The notes under the pieces: generated by a model | The model's database searches: none | Told to the model about the DNA's origin: nothing | What the model saw: only the letters and a program-made list of their open reading frames with translations | In this document: piece by piece, positions 34,058 through 43,993 of the stretch | How positions within the stretch are numbered: the stretch's first letter is position 1 | Layout of the letters: each line of letters opens with the position of its first letter | Origin: Eubacteriales bacterium | GTDB taxonomy: Bacteria; Bacillota; Clostridia; Oscillospirales; CAG-272 | Direction of reading: 5' to 3' | Assembly: GCA_045587985.1 (NCBI GenBank) | Contig: JAZNDG010000058.1 | Span: 1 to 59,365, forward strand | Length of the DNA: 59,365 nt | Made by a program: the position numbers and the translations under genes

Positions 34058-35266
34058 ATGAAGCTCGACTACCGCCATACGACCGCCGCCCTTTGCGGCG
34101 GGCTGATCACGGGGGCCATTACCAACAATCTGCCGCCTCTTTTTTTTCTTATCTTCAGAGAGAGGCTCGGGGTATCGCTTGCGGGGATCGCCCTGCTCGT
34201 CACCCTCAATTTCCTGACCCAGCTCGTGATGGATCTGCTTGCCGCCCTTTTTGGCGATAGGATCGGCCGCCGGGTGCTGCTTGTGGCCTCGGCCATCCTT
34301 TCCTCGCTCGGTACGCTCTTTCTCGGCGTATTGCCCTTTCTTTTCGAGAACGCCTTTTACGGCCTTCTCATTGCCACCGTGCTCGGCGCGTGCGGCAGTG
34401 GGCTTGCCGAGGCGACAAGCAGCCCGACTATGGAGGATTGCCCCCTTCGCGGCAAGACCGCTATGATGTCCTTTCTCCACTCCTTTTACTGCTGGGGGAT
34501 CGTCCTTGTGGTCCTTTTGACCACCGCCTTTCTTGCCGTATTCGGTAAAGAATACTGGTGGCTTGCCGCCATCCTTTTCTCGCTTTTTCCTGCCGCCAAT
34601 GCTCTCTTTCTTGCCGCCGTTCCGATCCCCGAGCCAAAGGACAGAAAAGAGGAAAGCACCGCTCCCGCCTCCTCTGCCTCTCCCGCCTCGCCCTCCCTTC
34701 TTTGCCCCGCCTTCCTTATCTGTCTTGTGATGATGGTGGCGGCGGGCGCCTCCGAGCTTTCGATCAACCAATGGATCTCGGCCTTTGTCGAGGAGGGGCT
34801 CTCAATGGATAAGGCACTCGGCGATCTTCTCGGCACCTGCCTTTTTGCTCTTTTGATGGGGAGCTCCCGGCTGTTGTTTGCGCTTTTCAGCACACGCCTT
34901 GCACCCGTGCGCCTCCTTCTTCTCCTTGCGTCTGTGGCGGCGGTGGCCTACCCCCTGGCCGCACTTTCGGGGACGCCCGCCGTATCGCTTATCTTCTGCG
35001 CTCTGCTCGGGCTTTCGGTGGGGGCGCTCTGGCCGGGGACCCTCTCACTCACGGCCGCGCGCTTTCCCCGCGGCGGCACGCGGATGTTCTCGCTCTGCGC
35101 CCTCTTTGGCGACCTTGGCTGCTCGGCCGGCCCTGCGCTTGTCGGGCTGGTTGCCGACAGCAAGGGTGGGAGCATCGGGGCAGGGCTTGCCACGGCTGCC
35201 GTCTTTCCCCTTTTGCTCGTTTTCCTTCTGCTCCTTTTTTCGGTAGGGAAAAGGAAGCCGCAATAA
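34058..35266 (+). CDS. MFS transporter
   Basis: 402 aa with about 12 hydrophobic segments and the loop motif GDRIGRRVLL between TM2 and TM3. Confidence 0.8.
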   Translation: MKLDYRHTTAALCGGLITGAITNNLPPLFFLIFRERLGVSLAGIALLVTLNFLTQLVMDLLAALFGDRIGRRVLLVASAILSSLGTLFLGVLPFLFENAFYGLLIATVLGACGSGLAEATSSPTMEDCPLRGKTAMMSFLHSFYCWGIVLVVLLTTAFLAVFGKEYWWLAAILFSLFPAANALFLAAVPIPEPKDRKEESTAPASSASPASPSLLCPAFLICLVMMVAAGASELSINQWISAFVEEGLSMDKALGDLLGTCLFALLMGSSRLLFALFSTRLAPVRLLLLLASVAAVAYPLAALSGTPAVSLIFCALLGLSVGALWPGTLSLTAARFPRGGTRMFSLCALFGDLGCSAGPALVGLVADSKGGSIGAGLATAAVFPLLLVFLLLLFSVGKRKPQ

Positions 35267-35391
35267 GAAAGGGTGCCGCACGGTGTGCGGCGCCCTTTTC
35301 CTTTAAGGTGCAATCACCGTCCTCTCGCATACACTGCTATGGGGGACAACACCCCCCCGTATCTTGTATCTTTAAAGGAGAACCGACCAAA

Positions 35392-36249
35392 ATGCCTACC
35401 TTTCAGAACCAGGCAGCGCTTTCCTATCGGGGCGCTGTGGTTTTCTCGAATATCGTGACGGGAGAGCTTACCACCCAGCTTACCGTCACCAAGACGGCTG
35501 TTGAGGCCACGTACGGTGCGGGTGATACCGTCACCTATATCGTCAGCCTTGTCAATGCCGGCGCGGCGCCCATTACCGGTCTTACCGTTACGGATGATCT
35601 CGGCGCCTATCCCTTCGGGACCGGAACCCGTGTTCCTCTTGACTACGTGGAGGGCTCGGTCAAGTATTATGTAAACGGGACTTTACAAGCGCCCCCTGCC
35701 GTCACCGAGGATCCGCTGACCTTCTCGGGGATCACGGTGCCTGCGGACGGCAACGTGATCCTCGCGTATGCTGCCGATACCAATGCATTTGCCCCGCTCG
35801 GCGATAGGGGCAGCATCACCAACGCGGTCACCGTGACCGGCCCCGGCATTGCGCCCATCACTGCCGAGGAGACCGTAACGGCCGAGGACAGCCCGCTTCT
35901 CACGATCACCAAGTCGATGAGCCCGAGCACCGTTTCGGTGGGAGATCTGCTCACCTACACGCTCACGGTCGAGAATTACGGCTATCTTCCGATCGTTGCC
36001 ACCGATGATGCGGTGGTGAGCGACACCTTTGATCCCCGTCTTGCGGGCCTTGCCGTTACGCTGAATGGCACGCCTCTTGCCGAGGGGACGGGTTACACCT
36101 ATGACGAGGCCACGGGCGCCTTTGCTACCCTGCCGGGCATCGTCACCGTGCCCGCCGCCACCGCCGTGCAGGATCCCGTTACGGGTGCCTATTCGCTGAC
36201 GCCCGGTGTGGCCACGCTCATCGTTTCGGGTACCGTTCTCGGAGAATAA
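35392..36249 (+). CDS. DUF11 (conserved repeat domain) protein, no signal peptide seen
   Basis: ATG at 35392 after AAAGGAGAA. It carries two DUF11-like repeats (VTKTAVEATYGAGDTVTYIVSLVNAGAAPITGLTVTDDLG and ITKSMSPSTVSVGDLLTYTLTVENYGYLPI). Confidence 0.65.
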   Translation: MPTFQNQAALSYRGAVVFSNIVTGELTTQLTVTKTAVEATYGAGDTVTYIVSLVNAGAAPITGLTVTDDLGAYPFGTGTRVPLDYVEGSVKYYVNGTLQAPPAVTEDPLTFSGITVPADGNVILAYAADTNAFAPLGDRGSITNAVTVTGPGIAPITAEETVTAEDSPLLTITKSMSPSTVSVGDLLTYTLTVENYGYLPIVATDDAVVSDTFDPRLAGLAVTLNGTPLAEGTGYTYDEATGAFATLPGIVTVPAATAVQDPVTGAYSLTPGVATLIVSGTVLGE

Positions 36250-36263
36250 GACCTCTTGCCTAT

Positions 36264-36296
36264 AAAAAAACGCCTGCAATCGGCAGGCGCTTTTTT
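36264..36296. terminator. bidirectional rho-independent terminator
   Basis: A-run, CGCCTGC-loop-GCAGGCG, T-run, between convergent genes. Confidence 0.75.
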
Positions 36297-37056
36297 ATAG
36301 GCCGGGCTTGCCCGGCACAAGGCGGCAGAGAAAGGCGCATCTCCCGTCCTCCTTGCGGATGGAAAAGAGGAGCTCCTCCTCTCTTTTGCAAAGAACGGTC
36401 AGCACCTCGCCCTCATAGCAGGGGGTAAGATACTGCACCTCTGCCTCGCGCACGGCAAGCGCGCGGTGCTCGGCGGTCGAGAGGGAGGCCGAGATCATCC
36501 GGAGATAGGCGGCATTATTGACGTGCCCGCCAAAATCGATCTCGGAGGAGGACACGGTCAGCTTACAGACGGCATCCCCATCCGTAAGCGTATCCGAAAG
36601 ACGGCTGTACGGTGTGGGGATGACCTCGGCACCGATATGGCTGAGGGTGGGCGGATAGACCGATTCGGTACGCACGGGCCGCCCCCGGTCAAGATCCAAA
36701 ACCGCCCATTCCTGTCGCCCCTCAAGGAGAAGGGTGTTTCCTCTGTGCATGGTATAAAATCGATTGCAAAGGAAGTGGCGCGGGGCGGTGGGCCAGGTGG
36801 TCATGGTCACCTCCTCCATCATGGCGGGCCGCTCATAAAAGCGGATTCGCGCACGCGTCATCAGCCAGAAAAGGCGCCGCCTTTCCATTTCGCGGCAGCC
36901 CGTGCCGATCAGCTCGGAGTGAAGGGCGGCCGTATCGACAAGAAGCGAAAAGGCACCGCTTGTCGAGAGCACCTTTTCGGCACCGCAGACATTTGGCGGA
37001 AGCCGCATTGCTTGTGTAAAAACGGACGGAAGATAGCGTGTTTGTTGCTTGATCAT
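36295..37056 (-). CDS. acyl-ACP thioesterase
   Basis: 253 aa with a double hot-dog layout and motifs LFWLMTRARIRFYERP and IDFGGHVNNAAYLRM. Confidence 0.8.
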   Translation of the reverse strand: MIKQQTRYLPSVFTQAMRLPPNVCGAEKVLSTSGAFSLLVDTAALHSELIGTGCREMERRRLFWLMTRARIRFYERPAMMEEVTMTTWPTAPRHFLCNRFYTMHRGNTLLLEGRQEWAVLDLDRGRPVRTESVYPPTLSHIGAEVIPTPYSRLSDTLTDGDAVCKLTVSSSEIDFGGHVNNAAYLRMISASLSTAEHRALAVREAEVQYLTPCYEGEVLTVLCKREEELLFSIRKEDGRCAFLCRLVPGKPGL

Positions 37057-37170
37057 GGCGATCTCCTTTTCGGGGCGAGTCTTTTCTATATAGGATTGTA
37101 CCGCCGCACCCCGTCATATGCAAGCTACTGTAAAAAGAATGAGGGGAACGAAAAGAGGGGTCTGCCGTAG

Positions 37171-37215
37171 AGAAAGGAAAGGGAACTCTACGCACCGTAG
37201 AGTTCCCCGGTTTTT
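37171..37215 (-). terminator. rho-independent terminator after the ABC exporter operon
   Basis: A 12-bp stem GGGAACTCTACG-cac-CGTAGAGTTCCC (37181-37207) with T-rich flanks on both strands. Confidence 0.7.
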
Positions 37216-37233
37216 AAGCAAATTTTCGTCTTT

Positions 37234-39204
37234 TCAGTCAAGCTCGCAGAGGCCGTTATAAAGATCGGCGTAGCGGCCGCCGAGAGCAAGCAGCTCGCCG
37301 TGCGCGCCCGCCTCTACGATCCTGCCGCCCTCAAGGACGTAGATGCAGTCGGCATTGCGGACGGTGGAAAGACGGTGCGCGATCACGAAGGTGGTGCGGT
37401 TCTGCATAAGCGCATCCATCCCGCGCTCAATATGGCGCTCGGTACGGGTGTCGACCGAGCTTGTGGCCTCATCCAGTACCAGAATGGGCGCCCTTGAGAG
37501 GGCGGCGCGTGCAATGTTCAGAAGCTGGCGCTGCCCCTGCGAGAGGTTGGCGCCGTCCCCCTCAAGCGGGGTATCATACCCCTTTGAAAGGCGGCCGATA
37601 AAGCTGTGGGCAGAGGCGGTTTTGGCGGCGGCCTCCACCTCCTCATCGCTGGCATCCGGGCGGCCGTAGCGGATGTTCTCCCGCACCGTGCCCGAAAAGA
37701 GGTGGGTATCCTGGAGCACCATGGCGATATTCCTTCGCAGGTCCTCCCGCTTATAGTCCCGGATATCCACGCCGTCAAGCAGGATCTTCCCCTCCCCCAC
37801 GTCATAAAAGCGGTTGAGAAGATTGGTGATCGTGGTCTTGCCGGCACCCGTTGAGCCGACAAAGGCGATCTTTTGCCCGGGCTCTGCCATAAGCGAGAGG
37901 TGGCTGAGCACCGTTTTTTCGGGGGTATAGCCGAAGGAAACGTCCGAAAGCTCCACCCTGCCCGAAAGCGAGGTGATCGCAAGCGCCCCCTCGCGGTCGT
38001 CCTCCTCGGCAGGCTCGTCAAGCACGCTGAACACGCGCTCTGCGCCTGCAAGCGCCGAGAGGACGGAGGTGACCTGCATGGAGATCTCGTTGATGGGGCG
38101 GGCAAAGCTGCCCGAATAGCTGATAAAGGCGTAAAGCCCGCCGTAGGTAAGGGCAAGTAGCCCGCCTGCGGGGATGCTGCCGCCGTAGGTAAGGGCGCAG
38201 AGAATACCGCCAAGCCCTGCCGTCAGCGCATAGCTGATCTTCGAGAGGTTGCCCATCACAGGCCCCATGATCCCGCCGAAGAACTGGGCGCTCATCTGCT
38301 TTTTCCGCAGATCCTCGTTCAGGGTGGCAAATTCAAGGCAGCACTCGGCCTCGTGGTTAAAGACCTTGACCACCTTCTGTCCCGATACCGATTCCTCAAT
38401 ATAGCCGTTCACTGCGCCAAGGGCGGCCTGCTGGCCGCGGTAGAAGCGGCCGCTCCGTTTGCCGATGGCCATGCCGCCAAAGGTGAAGATCGGAACGAAG
38501 ATCACCGTGATGACGGTGAGAATGAGGTTGGTCGAGAGCATAAAGGCAAGCGTGCCGATGAGGGTGGCAAGGCCGGACACCACGCTGATGATCGAGGAAT
38601 CCAGCATCACGCCCACCTGATCCACATCGTTTGTGAAGCGGCTCATTGTGGTGCCGGTCGGATGGCTGTCGTGGTAGGAAAGCGGCAGCTCCTGCAAGCG
38701 GTCAAAGAGGTCGCGCCGCAGGCGGAAGAGGGCGTTTTGCGAGATCTTCAGCATGATGCGGGACTGAAGGAGGGTGCAGCCGGATGCCAGAAGATAGACG
38801 ATGCCGAGCAAGAAAAGCCCCGCCGAGAGATACGCAAGGGTGGTGGGCTCCTCGCTTCCTGTCACAAGACGGGCAAGGGCGAGGATGGCAAGGTTGCCGA
38901 GATTGCCGCTTTCGATGCGGCTGCCCGCGATCCGGTCGAGGATCGGGGCGAGAAGATAGGTGGCCGAAAGGCTGGATACGGTGGAGAGAAGAAGGCAAAG
39001 AAAGACAGGGATAAAGAGAAAGCGGTATTCCCTTACATAGCCGAAAAGGCGCAGAATGGTTTTCCCTGTTGCCTTGGGCTTTCCGCCGGGGCCCCTGCCG
39101 CGCGCGCCGGGGCCGCCTCCGCGCGGGCCCATCGGTGGGCCGCCTCGGCCGGCGCTTGCGATGCCCTTGTAGCGCTCCTGCAGCTCAGCGAGTGTGCGTG
39201 CCAT
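37234..39204 (-). CDS. ABC exporter, fused permease/ATP-binding protein (MdlB-like)
   Basis: ATG at 39202-39204 after AAGGAGG, overlapping the upstream gene by 20 nt. It has a six-TM domain, Walker A GSTGAGKTT and signature LSQGQRQ. Confidence 0.85.
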   Translation of the reverse strand: MARTLAELQERYKGIASAGRGGPPMGPRGGGPGARGRGPGGKPKATGKTILRLFGYVREYRFLFIPVFLCLLLSTVSSLSATYLLAPILDRIAGSRIESGNLGNLAILALARLVTGSEEPTTLAYLSAGLFLLGIVYLLASGCTLLQSRIMLKISQNALFRLRRDLFDRLQELPLSYHDSHPTGTTMSRFTNDVDQVGVMLDSSIISVVSGLATLIGTLAFMLSTNLILTVITVIFVPIFTFGGMAIGKRSGRFYRGQQAALGAVNGYIEESVSGQKVVKVFNHEAECCLEFATLNEDLRKKQMSAQFFGGIMGPVMGNLSKISYALTAGLGGILCALTYGGSIPAGGLLALTYGGLYAFISYSGSFARPINEISMQVTSVLSALAGAERVFSVLDEPAEEDDREGALAITSLSGRVELSDVSFGYTPEKTVLSHLSLMAEPGQKIAFVGSTGAGKTTITNLLNRFYDVGEGKILLDGVDIRDYKREDLRRNIAMVLQDTHLFSGTVRENIRYGRPDASDEEVEAAAKTASAHSFIGRLSKGYDTPLEGDGANLSQGQRQLLNIARAALSRAPILVLDEATSSVDTRTERHIERGMDALMQNRTTFVIAHRLSTVRNADCIYVLEGGRIVEAGAHGELLALGGRYADLYNGLCELD

Positions 39205-40969
39205 CCTCGGTATCCTCCTTTCCCTCGTGCTGGGATTCGTAGATCTCGCGGTATTCTTCACATGAGGACATGAGTGTATCGTGCGTGCCGATGGCCGCCA
39301 CCCTGCCCTCCGAGAGCACCACGATGCGGTCGGCATCCCTCACCGAGGAGATGCGCTGGGCAATGATGATCTTGGTGGCGCCCGCAAGCTCCTTTCGGAA
39401 GGCACGGCGGATGCGCGCCTCGGTGGCGGTATCGACAGCGCTTGTCGAATCGTCAAGAATCAGGATCTTCGGCTTCTTCAAGAGCGCACGGGCAATGCAA
39501 AGCCTCTGCTTCTGCCCGCCCGACACGTTCTGTCCGCCCTGCACGATGCCGGTTTCGTATCCCCTTGGGAAGGCCGAGATAAAGCCTGCTGCCTCGGCTG
39601 CGGCCGCGGCGGCCGCCAGCTCCTCATCCGTGGCGTCCTCACGCCCCCAGCGGAGGTTATCGCTGACCGTGCCCGAGAAGAGAAGGTTCTTCTGCAGCAC
39701 CATGCTCACCCCCTCACGCAGGTTGTAAAGGCTGTAATCGCGCACGTCAATGCCGTCCACCGTGATGCTCCCCTCGTCCGCATCGTAAAGACGGGGGATG
39801 AGGGATACGAGTGTCGTTTTCCCCGAACCGGTCGAGCCGATGATGCCCACCGTTTCGCCCGCGCCGATCGATAGATTCACGTCCGAGAGCACCCTGTCGG
39901 GGCTGTTTTTATAATAGCGGAAGGAAACGCCCTTGAACTCGATCTCGCCGCGTTCAATGCGCGCATCCCTCCATCTTGCGCCCTCATCCGTCACCGTGAT
40001 CTCGGCATCCAGCACCTCTCTTATACGGCGGGAGCTGGCCAAGGCGCGGGAGCTGTTCATAAAGAGCATGGTCAGCATAAGAAGCGACATTAAGATCTGG
40101 TTGATATAGGTGATAAAGGTGGTGAGCGTTTCGGCGGTGAGCCCTGTGCCCGCCAGCACCTGCTGCCCACCGATCGAGAGCACGGCAAGGATGGTGCCGT
40201 ACATGATCATCATCGAAAGCGGGTGCGAGAGAAGAATGATGTTCATCGCGCTCAGGTGGTGCTTTTTAAGGCTATGGTTGGCGGCCGCAAACTTTTCCTT
40301 TTCCTCCTCCTCACGCACAAAGGACTTGACCACTCGTACGCCCGTAAGGTTTTCCTGCACGGTGGAGTTTAAGCGGTCAAGCTGCCCCTGCATCCGTGCA
40401 AAGCGGGGAAAGCCCACCCGGATGACGAGGAACTGCAAAAGAACGAGAAGCGGCACCGAAACAAGGAGCACGGCCGCAAGATCGGGGCGCAGCGCCACCG
40501 CCATGACCAAGGCACCCACCAGCATGATGGGCGAGCGCATGCACATACGGAGCAGAATGTTGACAAAGGTCTGCATCTGCTGTACATCGTTGGTTAAGCG
40601 GGTGACGAGTGAGCCGGTCTTAAAGCGGTCGATCTCGGCAAACGAGAAATCCTGCACGCGGCGATAGACATCAAGCCGCAGGTCGGCCGAAAAGCCCACA
40701 GAGGCGCGCGCACCGAAATAGGCGCCCCCCACCCCTCCGAGCAGCATAAGGGCGGCAACCAGCACCATAAGGCCGGCTACCCCGACAATCGAGAGGATAT
40801 CTCCGCTTTCGGTGGTGCCGGGGTTTTCGGCAAGCCGCTTGATGGTGGCGTAAATGTTCTGTAAAAGGAGGGGCATCATGACCTCTCCGATCGACTCAAC
40901 GATCATCGAGATCGGCCCGAGAATAAAATAAAGGCGGTAGGGCGCCACGTACTTCATCCAGCGCTTCAT
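39185..40969 (-). CDS. ABC exporter, fused permease/ATP-binding protein (MdlA-like)
   Basis: 594 aa with a six-TM domain, Walker A GSTGSGKTT and signature VSGGQKQ. ATG overlaps the marR stop (ATGA). Confidence 0.85.
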   Translation of the reverse strand: MKRWMKYVAPYRLYFILGPISMIVESIGEVMMPLLLQNIYATIKRLAENPGTTESGDILSIVGVAGLMVLVAALMLLGGVGGAYFGARASVGFSADLRLDVYRRVQDFSFAEIDRFKTGSLVTRLTNDVQQMQTFVNILLRMCMRSPIMLVGALVMAVALRPDLAAVLLVSVPLLVLLQFLVIRVGFPRFARMQGQLDRLNSTVQENLTGVRVVKSFVREEEEKEKFAAANHSLKKHHLSAMNIILLSHPLSMMIMYGTILAVLSIGGQQVLAGTGLTAETLTTFITYINQILMSLLMLTMLFMNSSRALASSRRIREVLDAEITVTDEGARWRDARIERGEIEFKGVSFRYYKNSPDRVLSDVNLSIGAGETVGIIGSTGSGKTTLVSLIPRLYDADEGSITVDGIDVRDYSLYNLREGVSMVLQKNLLFSGTVSDNLRWGREDATDEELAAAAAAAEAAGFISAFPRGYETGIVQGGQNVSGGQKQRLCIARALLKKPKILILDDSTSAVDTATEARIRRAFRKELAGATKIIIAQRISSVRDADRIVVLSEGRVAAIGTHDTLMSSCEEYREIYESQHEGKEDTEDGTHTR

Positions 40970-41454
40970 GCGTTCTCCTCCCTCGCGGCAAGGGCCGCCT
41001 GCATCCGCAAAAGTGTATCCCGGAAGGCCGAAAGATCCTCCTCCGAGAAGGAGGCAAACATGGCAAGGTCCACGGCGGTAAAGGCATCATAGCTGTTGCG
41101 CAAAAGCGCCTCTGCCTCTTTTGTAATGCGGACCGTCTTGCAGCGCCCGTCCTGCCCCTCGGAGGAACGGCGGATCAGCCCGCGCGCCTCTAATTTCCGC
41201 AGGGTAACGGCCACGGCCGCCGGGCTGATATCAAATTCGGCCGCCAGCCGCCTTTGCTCTACCTCGCCCCCAAGGCGGTGCAGATGCACCAGCATCCGGT
41301 GCTGGGAATGGTGGATCCCAAGATCCGAGAGCGCGCGCTCAATGGCCGCACGGTGCAGCCGCATGGTATGGAAAAGGGTGTGCACCGTTTGTCGCACCGC
41401 GCCGTCACGCGCATCACCGCTCGGCAGGCGGAACGGCTCTTTTTCGTTTTGCAT
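40966..41454 (-). CDS. MarR-family transcriptional regulator
   Basis: 162 aa with winged helix HHSQHRMLVHLHRLGGEVEQRRLAAEFDISPAAVAVTLRKLEARGLIRR. Confidence 0.85.
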   Translation of the reverse strand: MQNEKEPFRLPSGDARDGAVRQTVHTLFHTMRLHRAAIERALSDLGIHHSQHRMLVHLHRLGGEVEQRRLAAEFDISPAAVAVTLRKLEARGLIRRSSEGQDGRCKTVRITKEAEALLRNSYDAFTAVDLAMFASFSEEDLSAFRDTLLRMQAALAAREENA

Positions 41455-41486
41455 CCCTTATGCTCCCTTCGTAAAATCGTTAATTG

Positions 41487-41499
41487 GTTAATGATTAAC
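41487..41499. promoter_or_regulatory. 13-bp palindrome GTTAAT-G-ATTAAC (candidate MarR operator), followed by two GTTAAC sites
   Basis: Seen directly, between the -10 element and the marR start. Confidence 0.45.
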
Positions 41500-41508
41500 A
41501 CGTTAACA

Positions 41509-41537
41509 ATTTTACACCCGCATTTTCGGTTTGTCAA
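41509..41537 (-). promoter_or_regulatory. promoter of the marR-ABC operon
   Basis: Minus strand: TTGACA (41532-41537), 17-nt spacer, TAAAAT (41509-41514). Confidence 0.6.
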
Positions 41538-41548
41538 CAGGAAAAAAG

Positions 41549-41579
41549 AAAAAATAGGGGCGAAAACCCCTATTTTTTC
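41549..41579. terminator. rho-independent terminator
   Basis: A-run, ATAGGGG-cgaaaa-CCCCTAT, T-run. It overlaps the stop of the 90-aa membrane protein gene. Confidence 0.7.
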
Positions 41580-41842
41580 TGTTCACTGTCGCGCTTTTCG
41601 GCATGATTGAGCAGAAGAACGCCCGCTATAAGTAAAAGGATCGATACGCCGACCTGATCCACCCAGAAGGCGAAATAACGGGAGAGCCAGGCCGTGCCAA
41701 AGCGCGCCCCCTCGGGTGCGGCACTGGCAAGAGCCAGAAAGGCAAGCGAGAGGAAGATGGGCAAAAGGCCGATGGCAAGCAGGCGGACCGCGCGCGGCGT
41801 CATGCCGGCAAAAAAGCGCGAAAGGGATGAAAGCATCCTCAT
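41570..41842 (-). CDS. small hypothetical membrane protein (two to three TM segments)
   Basis: ATG at 41840-41842 after AAAGGAGAGG. It has hydrophobic segments, a basic C-terminal tail, and a terminator immediately downstream. Confidence 0.5.
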   Translation of the reverse strand: MRMLSSLSRFFAGMTPRAVRLLAIGLLPIFLSLAFLALASAAPEGARFGTAWLSRYFAFWVDQVGVSILLLIAGVLLLNHAEKRDSEQKK

Positions 41843-42259
41843 GAGCCTCTCCTTTCACGGTGCTGTGCAAGACCATTTTAGCAAAGAGGGGGAGCATCCG
41901 CAAGCGCCAAATGCAGGGCGCGCGCCCATTTTTTAGGAAAGCCCGCCACCCTTTTTCCGTCTTTTTTCTTGCGTGGCAAGCATTTCCGCAAGAGAAGCGA
42001 ATAATGGGACTATGCATCGGCAAAAAAGAGAAAAATGTAAATAAAACATTCCAAAAAAGAGGCTCGTTGCTCCTTTTTTGCACGCTGCTTTTCCGTATGC
42101 TTTTTCGAAGCCTCTCCTTGCCCGATTGGAAAAAACAGAGAAAAAGGAGCCGCGGTTCATAAAGCGTTCACATTCTTGTGTTATACTAATGCGGTATAAT
42201 ATATCTATGCGTGTGCGCGGTGCGCACTGTTAACAGGAAAGGAGAGGCGGCTTGCCGCT

Positions 42260-43276
42260 TTGACCATGAAGAAGAACGAAAAAGAGAGAAGGACCGAAAA
42301 GGAAGCGGCAGCGGCGCTTGCCCCCCCCGTTATCCGTCTTGCAAATCTTTCAAAGCGATACGGCACGCTCACCGCGCTTGACGATGTGAGCCTTGAGATC
42401 GGCCGCGGTCAGATCGTGGGCCTGCTCGGGCCGAACGGCGCGGGCAAGAGCACCATGATGAATATTCTGACGGGGTATCTTTCCGCCTCCTCGGGAAAGG
42501 TCGAGATCGATGGGATCGATATTCTTGACGATCCGCAGGGCGCCAAAAGAAGGATCGGGTATCTGCCCGAGCAGCCGCCCGTTTATCCCGATATGACGGT
42601 GGACGAGTATCTCTCCTTTGTCTATGGGCTGAAGGGCTGCACCCTGCCGAAGGACAAGCACCTTGAGGATATCGTGCGCTCGGTGCGCTTGCTTGATGTG
42701 CGCCATCGCCTCATCCGCAATCTCTCCAAGGGCTATCGCCAGCGCGTGGGCATTGCCCAAGCTCTGATCGGGGATCCGCCGCTTCTGATCTTTGATGAGC
42801 CGACAGTCGGGCTTGACCCCAAGCAGATCATTGAGGTGCGTAACCTTCTGCGCACCCTCGGCCGCCGCCATACCGTGATCCTCTCCACCCACATCCTTTC
42901 GGAGGTGCAGGCGGTCTGCGAGCGCATCGTGGTCATTGACCGCGGGCGGATCGTGGCAGACGAGGCAACCGAGGATCTTTCCCGCGCGGTGGAGGAGTCG
43001 CCGCGCTATCGCTACCGCATCCTCGGCCCCGGGCGTGAGGTGGTGAAGGCCCTGCAGAGCCGCCCGGGCGTTTCGCGTGTCGAGCTTTTGCCCGAAAGAG
43101 AGGGCGAGGCGGTTTCCGTGCTTGTGGACTGCGAGCGCGGGGTGGACGTGCGCCGTACCGTCTTTCAGCTGTGCGCTGCCTCCTCTTGGCCGATTCTCGG
43201 TCTTACGGCGGTGGGCGCCGATATTGAGGATATCTTCCTCCGCCTTGTCGATCGCGGGGCGAATGAGGGAAGATAA
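42260..43276 (+). CDS. ABC-2-type transporter ATP-binding protein (GldA/NatA-like)
   Basis: Walker A GPNGAGKST, signature LSKGYRQRV and Walker B LIFDEPTVGLD. The start is TTG 42260 (12 nt after AGGAGAGG) or ATG 42266. Confidence 0.85.
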   Translation: MTMKKNEKERRTEKEAAAALAPPVIRLANLSKRYGTLTALDDVSLEIGRGQIVGLLGPNGAGKSTMMNILTGYLSASSGKVEIDGIDILDDPQGAKRRIGYLPEQPPVYPDMTVDEYLSFVYGLKGCTLPKDKHLEDIVRSVRLLDVRHRLIRNLSKGYRQRVGIAQALIGDPPLLIFDEPTVGLDPKQIIEVRNLLRTLGRRHTVILSTHILSEVQAVCERIVVIDRGRIVADEATEDLSRAVEESPRYRYRILGPGREVVKALQSRPGVSRVELLPEREGEAVSVLVDCERGVDVRRTVFQLCAASSWPILGLTAVGADIEDIFLRLVDRGANEGR

Positions 43277-43287
43277 GGAGGATTTCT

Positions 43288-43992
43288 ATGCTTTCAATTT
43301 ACAAGCGTGAGCTTTCGGCCTATTTCAGTACGCCGATCGGCTATATATTCTGCGCCGTATTCCTGATGCTCTCGGGCGCTGTCTTTTCTTATACCACCCT
43401 CTTTTCCATGAAGGCGGACGTGACGAGCTACTTCACCTATATGCTGATGCTGCTTGTCGTGCTTGTGCCGCTTCTTACCATGAAGCTCTTCAGCGAGGAG
43501 CGCAAGCAGAGGACAGAGCAGCTGCTCCTGACCGCGCCGGTATCGCTTTACGGCATGGTGGTCGGTAAATTCCTTGCCGCCTACACCCTCTTTGGCGCCT
43601 GCACCCTCCTTTCCTTTTCGAGCTTCTTTATCCTTTATCTGTACGCCGAGGTCAAAACGGCCGTTCTCTTTGGCAACCTTGTGGCCCTTCTCCTTCTCGG
43701 CATGGCCTTTATCGCCATCGGGCTTTTTGTGTCCGCCCTGACCGAGAACCAGCTGGCCGCCGCCATCGGTACGGTGGCGATCCTCCTCTTTCTGATGGTC
43801 ATAAGCCTTCTCAACTCGATCATTCCCGTCTATTGGATCCGCTTTGTGCTTTCGAGCATTTCGGTCTATGCGCGCTTCCAGAATTTTACGCAGGGCGTCT
43901 TTGACCTTGCCGCGCTTTTCTACTATCTCACGATCACGGCCGTCTTCCTTTTCTTGACCGTGCGCGTCTTTGATAAGCGCCGTTGGGGGTAA
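43288..43992 (+). CDS. ABC-2 family permease (GldF-like)
   Basis: 234 aa with six TM segments. The N-terminus MLSIYKRELSAYFSTPIGYIF is as in GldF-type permeases. RBS is AAGGAGGA. Confidence 0.8.
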   Translation: MLSIYKRELSAYFSTPIGYIFCAVFLMLSGAVFSYTTLFSMKADVTSYFTYMLMLLVVLVPLLTMKLFSEERKQRTEQLLLTAPVSLYGMVVGKFLAAYTLFGACTLLSFSSFFILYLYAEVKTAVLFGNLVALLLLGMAFIAIGLFVSALTENQLAAAIGTVAILLFLMVISLLNSIIPVYWIRFVLSSISVYARFQNFTQGVFDLAALFYYLTITAVFLFLTVRVFDKRRWG

Positions 43993-43993
43993 T

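Noticed and set aside
34016-34771. K/G-rich 251-aa ORF on the minus strand (MVDRKLGGARRHHHHKTDKEGGAKKGGRGG...).
   Set aside because: It is antisense to the well-supported MFS transporter gene and its translation is low-complexity.
41843-42259. ORFs 41860..42162 (+), 41933..42160 (-) and 41583..42083 (-) in the 400-bp gap upstream of the ABC-2 operon.
   Set aside because: They have no RBS, overlap one another, and translate to basic low-complexity sequence. The region more likely holds the operon promoter and leader; a TATAAT lies at about 42198-42203.
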